Assembly (NCBI GenBank): GCA_002269645.1
Contig: NIVC01005075.1
Location: 1 to 26,971 of the forward strand
Direction of reading: 5' to 3'
Source: Macrostomum lignano
Lineage: Eukaryota
DNA length: 26,971 nucleotides
Shown here: in pieces, positions 21,734 through 26,971 of the stretch
Layout: each line of letters opens with the position of its first letter
Position numbering within the stretch: the first letter of the stretch is position 1
The notes under the pieces: model-generated
Seen by the model: only the letters and a program-made list of their open reading frames with translations
Databases searched by the model: none
Told to the model about the DNA's origin: nothing
Program-made: the position numbers and the translations under genes

Positions 21734-22091
21734 ACATTCCACCCCTCTTCCTCCGGTCCCCGCCAGCCTGATGGCAACCTCAGCCAGCACCAGCTGATGC
21801 AGCTGCTGCACCAGAAGCTGTTCGGCCCGCGGCAGCTCAGCAGCTCGGATATTTTTCTACTAGCTCTGTACTCGGCCATCGTCCTGTTGTCGGTCGGCGG
21901 CAACGGCCTGTTCCTGTTTCTGAGCTTCAAGTATAGCGGCCTTCGACGCCACACCTCCTACATCATGATGAGTCTTGCTTGCTCAAACCTGCTCGTTGCC
22001 TGCACCTGCCTGCCAGTGTCAGCCGTGAAAGTTTTTTATAACACCTGGAAACTAGGCGGCACTGCCTGTCGATTAGTCAGTTTCATTGAAG
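21734..22091 (+). CDS. Class A (rhodopsin-like) peptide-type GPCR, exon covering N-terminus, TM1, TM2, ECL1 and start of TM3
   Basis: TFHPSSSGPRQPDGNLS (N-glycosylation sequon)...LLALYSAIVLLSVGGNGLFLFL (TM1 GN)...SLACSNLLVACTCLPVS (TM2)...WKLGGTACRL (WxxG..C); donor GAAG|gtgaat at 22092. Confidence 0.88.
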
Positions 22092-22129
22092 GTGAATACT
22101 GTTGTAACCTCCAGGTTTGGACCATATTG

Positions 22130-22840
22130 ACCTTAAGCTAAAGGATTACTGACCTAAGCCATGAAAAAGCCCTAATAAACTTGAGTTTTAGTGTCATAGT
22201 GACCTTGAGTTTTTTGGCCACAATGACCTTGAGTTTTGATTCCAAAATCACCTTGAATTTTTGGGCCAAAATGACCTTAAGTATTGGGGCCAAAATGACT
22301 TTGAGTTTTGGGGCCAAAATGGCCTTGAGTTTTGGGGCCATTCCATGAGTTTTATGGGCAAAAAGACCTTGAGTTTTGGTTCCAAATGACCTTATTGATT
22401 TATGGGGCCAAAATGACCATGATAATTGGGGCCAAACTGACCTTGAGTTTCGGGGCCAAACTGACCTTGAGTATTGGGGCCAAAATGACCTTGATTTATG
22501 GGGCCAAACTGACCTTGAGTGTTGGGCCAAAATGACCATGATAATTGGGGCCAAACTGACCTTGAGTTTCGGGCCAAACTGACCTTGAGTATTGGGGCCA
22601 AAATGACCTTGATTTATGGGGCCAAACTGACCTTGAGTGTTGGGGCCAAGATCACCTTGATTTATGGGGCCAAACTGACCTTGAGTTTCGGGGCCAAACT
22701 GACCTTGATTGTTGGGGCCAAAATGACCTTGAGTTTCGGGGCCAAAACCTTAGTCCTGAGTCTTGATTGGCTCTAATAGACCTTGAGTTTCGGGAAACTG
22801 ATTGAGTGACCTTGAGTTTTCGGGCTAAAGTGACCATTGA
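22130..22840. repeat. Intronic minisatellite, ~21-22 bp unit (ggggccaaa[a/c]tgaccttgagttt)
   Basis: Repeated ggccaaaatgaccttga / ggccaaactgaccttga, with degenerate edges. Confidence 0.93.
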
Positions 22841-23446
22841 GCTACAATTACGGGAACGTAGTGGCCTAGAGTCCTGAGAACATTATGATTTGATAGAAGG
22901 GTGAGTAAGACGAGGTTAACTTGCAAGATGTCGGTATTGACGCATGCGGTAGAGCTGGTGCAAGGAAATGAATGGCTGAATAATGAATGGACCAGACATA
23001 CAGAAATTATGGCAACTTGTAGGACAAAAAAACTTTATAATATAGGGGTGTTGAGTCAAAGGGCAGAAAGAGAGGGATAGAGCAATCTGGCATATTGAAT
23101 TCTCAGTGAGCAGGTGAGAGCTCAACCAGTAGTAGCAGCAACATACCACGCGCTAAAACATTCTTAATTAGGGCTTTTCAATCAGCAATTTGCTTTGTTC
23201 TGAGCTGCAGAATGCTCTCGTAAAAATTCGAAAATCCCTTCTGTAGTAGCAGTCCGAACTAATAACTGGGGTTCGAGAGCGCGGCCTCAGGTCATTTTAA
23301 AGAAGCTAGTAGTCCTTACTGAGCTTCTTTGTAAAGATTTACACGACTGGCGTCATTTCCATGAAGGTCACGTGCTTTGTTAATTATCAGTTCTAGCAAT
23401 AAAATACACAGTGTTAACCCCTTTTTAAATGACGCCTTCTCTGCTG

Positions 23447-23476
23447 ACAGTGTGTGTGTGATTCTGCATCCTGACA

Positions 23477-23519
<43 letters not shown>

Positions 23520-23979
23520 TGTGATTCTGCATCCTGACACAGTGTGTGTGTGTGTGTGTGATTCTGCATCCTGACACAATGTGTGTGTGTGTGTGTGTGA
23601 TTCTGCATCCTGACACAGTGTGTGTGTGTGATTCTGCATCCTGACACAGTGTGTGTGTGTGATTCTGCATCCTGACACAGTGTGTGTGTGTGATTCTGCA
23701 TCCTGACACAGTGTGTGTGTGTGATTCTGCATCCTGACACTGTGTGTGTGTGTGTGTGTGTGTGTGATTCTGCATCCTGACACAGTGTGTGTGTGTGATT
23801 CTGCATCCTGACACTGTGTGTGTGTGTGTGTGTGTGTGTGTGATTCTGCATCCTGACACAATGTGTGTGTGTGTGTGTGTGTGTGTGATTCTGCATCCTG
23901 ACACAATGTGTGTGTGTGTGTGTGTGTGTGATTCTGCATCCTGACACAGTGTGTGTGTGTGTGATTCTGCATCCTGACA

Positions 23980-24013
<34 letters not shown>

Positions 24014-24162
24014 TTCTGCATCCTGACACAGTGTGTGTGTGTGTGTGTGTGATTCTGCATTCTGACACAGTGTGTGTGTGTGTGTGATTCTGCATCCTGA
24101 CACAGTGTGTGTGTGTGATTCTGCATCCTGACACAGTGTGTGTGTGATTCTGCATCCTGACA

Positions 24163-24196
<34 letters not shown>

Positions 24197-24399
24197 TTCT
24201 GCATCCTGACACAGTGTGTGTTTGTGTGTGATTCTGCATCCTGACACAGTGTGTGTGTGATTCTGCATCCTGACACAGTGTGTGTTTGTGTGTGATTCTG
24301 CATCCTGACACAGTGTGTGTGTGATTCTGCATCCTGACACAGTGTGTGTGTGTGATTCTGCATCCTGACACAGTGTGTGTGTGATCCTGCATCCTGACA

Positions 24400-24457
<58 letters not shown>

Positions 24458-24850
24458 TTCTGCATCCTGACACAGTGTGTGTTTGTGTGTGATTCTGCAT
24501 CCTGACACAGTGTGTGTGTGATTCTGCATCCTGACACAGTGTGTGTGTGTGATTCTGCATCCTGACACAGTGTGTGTGTGATCCTGCATCCTGACACAGT
24601 GTGTGTGTGTGTGTGTGATTCTGCATCCTGACACAGTGTGTGTGATTCTGCATCATGACACAGTGTGTGTGATCCTGCATCCTGACACAGTGTGTGTGTG
24701 TGTGTGATTCTCACCCTGACACAGTGTGGGAGATTCTGCACCCTGACACAGTGTGTGTGTGATTCTGCATCCTGACACAGTGTGAGTCAGGATGCACCCT
24801 GACTGTTTGGGATTCTGCACCCTGACTGTATAGGATTCTGCATCTTGACA
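23447..24850. repeat. Compound satellite: constant gattctgcatcctgacaca block separated by variable-length (GT)n, ~37-39 units
   Basis: Units counted by eye; GT tracts range from about 3 to more than 30 dinucleotides; degenerate units and one inverted copy (tcaggatgca, ~24787) at the right edge. Confidence 0.97.
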
Positions 24851-25596
24851 ATGCGTTGGAGATTCGACTTCTTGAAGTTTGGGATATTCCTCATCCCCAC
24901 AGCTCCGCTTAGCGCATATTTTTTGTGCATATTTTAACAGCCTCAACTATTTGCCGCAAGAGAATTGAAGAGAAGATCGAAGCTCCCTAAGGCAGGGTGA
25001 GTGCTTCGAGATCCCTTCTTCCGCTGTTAGAAAAGGGAAACTATTCCCTATCAGACAGAAACGCGGAGGAAGGAAATCCCGCTGATTTGGGGATGCGGCG
25101 GTGTCGGTTGGAGCGATATAAGCAGCCAGGGGTCAGGCTGATCAAATTGGAAGTTCACCATAGATAAGAAGTAATTTCTCGGTTCAGCGGCAGAGGGAGA
25201 GATCTGAGCTGACGGCTGAAGACCGTCCGCAGCTCAGGAATTCCGTCTCAGGGCATATTGAGCTGCAGGTTGAGGAGTAGGGGGAGAGCAAAGTTCGTGT
25301 CTGAGTGGTCAGACAGTGTTTGCTTCCCTTGAGAATGGAAGCGATTAGCTGCTCGACTTTCTTATATCATATCAAAAACTTCCCAGGCAATATGGCATAG
25401 AACTCGTACAGTCCAATTGACATGCTTTATTACTACTTGCTATTAAGTAGCTTGAATTCTCGAAACTGTGCACAATTTACCTTGGAGATTGGCCCTTGTC
25501 CATCTAAAAGACATCTGCTTAGAGTCATGGACTACTTAAAAAAATCCTTGGCCGAAATCACGGAGCAAACATAATCCCCCCCAACTGACTCCGCAG

Positions 25597-26464
25597 GCTG
25601 GCCCTGTGCGTTAACAGTTTCCTGGCCCTGTGCGTTAACAGTTTCTCCCTGGCGTCCATTGCAATTTTGCGCGCCCGTCAGAGCGCCACTACAGCGGCGC
25701 CGCCGCCGGACCAGGTGAGCAACAACTCCAACCTGCGCCGGGTGGTGGCAGCCACGTGGCTTGGCGCCCTGCTGGTCTCCACGCCAGCCCTGTTCGCCTT
25801 CAGTCTGCAGCCGGTGAACATGCCGGTAGGAGGTGACGGCCGCGGCAACTCGTCCCGCAGCCAAGACGTTCACTACGTGTGCTCGGAGGATCGCAGCAAC
25901 CCGGTGGGGCAGAAGGCCTACTCAGCCTACTTCCTAGTGCTGCTGTTCCTGTCTCCCTGCGTGGTGCTGGCTTTCTCATACGGCGTCACCGCTCGATTCT
26001 TGTCCAGACAGTTCGGCCGCTTGACCGGCCGCCGGCTGCAGGCGGCGACGTCTCTCGGACAAGCGACCGCCGCGCTGGAGGAACAGCCAGAAGAGCTCCA
26101 GGAGCAGCAGCCACGCCTGGCCCTGACCAACCAGACTTCCGTAGCATCTGGCGGGCCGCTGAATCGGCAGCACCGGCAGACGCGCCGGCTGCACCGTCGG
26201 ACGGTGAAAACTCTCGCCGTACTGGTGGGCTGTCTTCATCGTGTGCTGGTTCCCCAAAGATCTGATCATTCTGTTGCAGGATTTTGTGCTGGAAAACCGT
26301 GGCGTGGACGCCGTGAGCCCCCTGATAGAGATTTACCCGTACAGTCAGGCCCTAATTACCTGCACAGCGCTCTCTGCCCGTTCCTGTACTGGTGCCTCAG
26401 CCGTGTGTTTCAGCACTACGTCAGAAAGGCATTCTCCAGGCAGCAGCCAGAGCAACGCCAATAG
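25597..26464 (+). CDS. GPCR terminal exon (TM3-TM7 and C-tail), interrupted by two compensating 1-nt indels
   Basis: Acceptor ccgcag (25596). LALCVNSF x2 then SLASIAILRA (TM3), VVAATWLGALLVSTPALF (TM4), C in ECL2, AYSAYFLVLLFLSPCVVLAFSY (TM5), RTVKTLAVLV-[shift at 26227-26229]-AVFIVCWFP (TM6), QAL-[shift at ~26354]-NYLHSALCPFLYWCLSRVF (TM7); TAG at 26462-26464. Confidence 0.88.
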
Positions 26465-26542
26465 TTATGAAACTGCGGCCTAAGCTGCTCTCAATGCTCT
26501 ATGATTGATGATCTTCTCGAAGCCACTTTTCTGAACTCGAAA

Positions 26543-26659
26543 AATAAAATTCATTTTTTCTCTCCAAAGTTCGGCACGCCCCCTTGGCTGGCACTCGGTG
26601 AGACTATTTAGGCTTTTAGCACTCGCTCGCCTCAGCTTGTTTTATTTTTCTGCAATAAA
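26543..26659 (+). promoter_or_regulatory. Candidate polyadenylation signals of the GPCR
   Basis: AATAAA at 26543-26548 and 26654-26659 downstream of the stop codon. Confidence 0.4.
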
Positions 26660-26777
26660 AAGCACACTTTGTACTGCATAACACTACCGGCAGGAATACC
26701 AGACAATTCCCCCTTCACAGTTTTGCAGACACGGACTAACTTTTTATTGCGCACCTTCTCAAACAAGAATCAAGTCG

Positions 26778-26969
26778 CTAGCCCTCCAGACCGTCGAGAT
26801 ATTCGACGATTCTGCCAGAAGTCGGATTTTTCCCATTAACGCCAGTGTATTCATACACCCCTGTGCGCCAATCAGCACTGCGCCTCAGTGCAGCCTTGCC
26901 AAGCCTCCAAATTTCATCAGCACGTCGACCGCATGTGTCTGCATTAGCTCTAACTTCGTTGGTCACTAA
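26778..26969 (-). CDS. 3' end of an unidentified convergent gene (..VTNEVRANADTCGRRADEIWRLGKAALRRSADWRTGVYEYTGVNGKNPTSGRIVEYLDGLEG*)
   Basis: Only open minus frame at the window edge; protein-like composition; AATAAA on the minus strand at 26748-26743, 30 nt after the stop. Confidence 0.45.
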   Translation of the reverse strand, partial: LVTNEVRANADTCGRRADEIWRLGKAALRRSADWRTGVYEYTGVNGKNPTSGRIVEYLDGLEG

Positions 26970-26971
26970 CC

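Noticed and set aside
22138-22837. Several 60-140 aa ORFs (AKMTL/GQND repeats)
   Set aside because: Products of the 21-22 bp minisatellite.
23316-24741. His/Thr-rich 400-450 aa ORFs, and a CRISPR-array interpretation
   Set aside because: ORFs are (CA)n plus the repeat block. The spacers are only GT dinucleotides, there are no cas genes, and the context is a eukaryotic intron.

Overview
Eukaryotic (metazoan) genomic DNA with spliceosomal GT-AG introns, GC/CpG-rich exons and introns packed with unrelated minisatellite arrays. The style suggests a flatworm such as Macrostomum; this is inference only. Left to right: (1) probable last exon of an unidentified + strand gene (204-322). (2) A multi-exon CDC14 dual-specificity phosphatase gene on the - strand (exons 9061-9133, 7185-7275, 6373-6541, 5649-5858, 4070-5087, and a possible terminal exon at 1683-1731), with a tRNA-derived SINE in one intron. 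(3) A foldback/MITE-like inverted repeat (10139-10384). (4) A ~1.9 kb element bounded by 11-bp direct repeats that carries only a frameshifted ORF1/gag-like gene and no reverse transcriptase (10485-12421). (5) A 76-bp hairpin MITE with an 8-bp target duplication (12983-13074). (6) An unannotated-looking secreted neuropeptide prohormone gene (13828-14283). (7) An internally deleted mariner element with 30-bp TIRs (14768-15937). (8) An atypical rhodopsin-family peptide-type GPCR gene (18886-26464) whose introns are mostly satellite, with non-canonical DRY, D2.50 and NPxxY positions and several homopolymer frameshifts. (9) The 3' end of a convergent unknown gene at the right edge. All long low-complexity ORFs in the supplied track (5066-5633, 6766-7116, 19015-21560, 22138-22837, 23316-24741) are translations of tandem repeats, not genes. 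No prokaryotic features and no CRISPR array.
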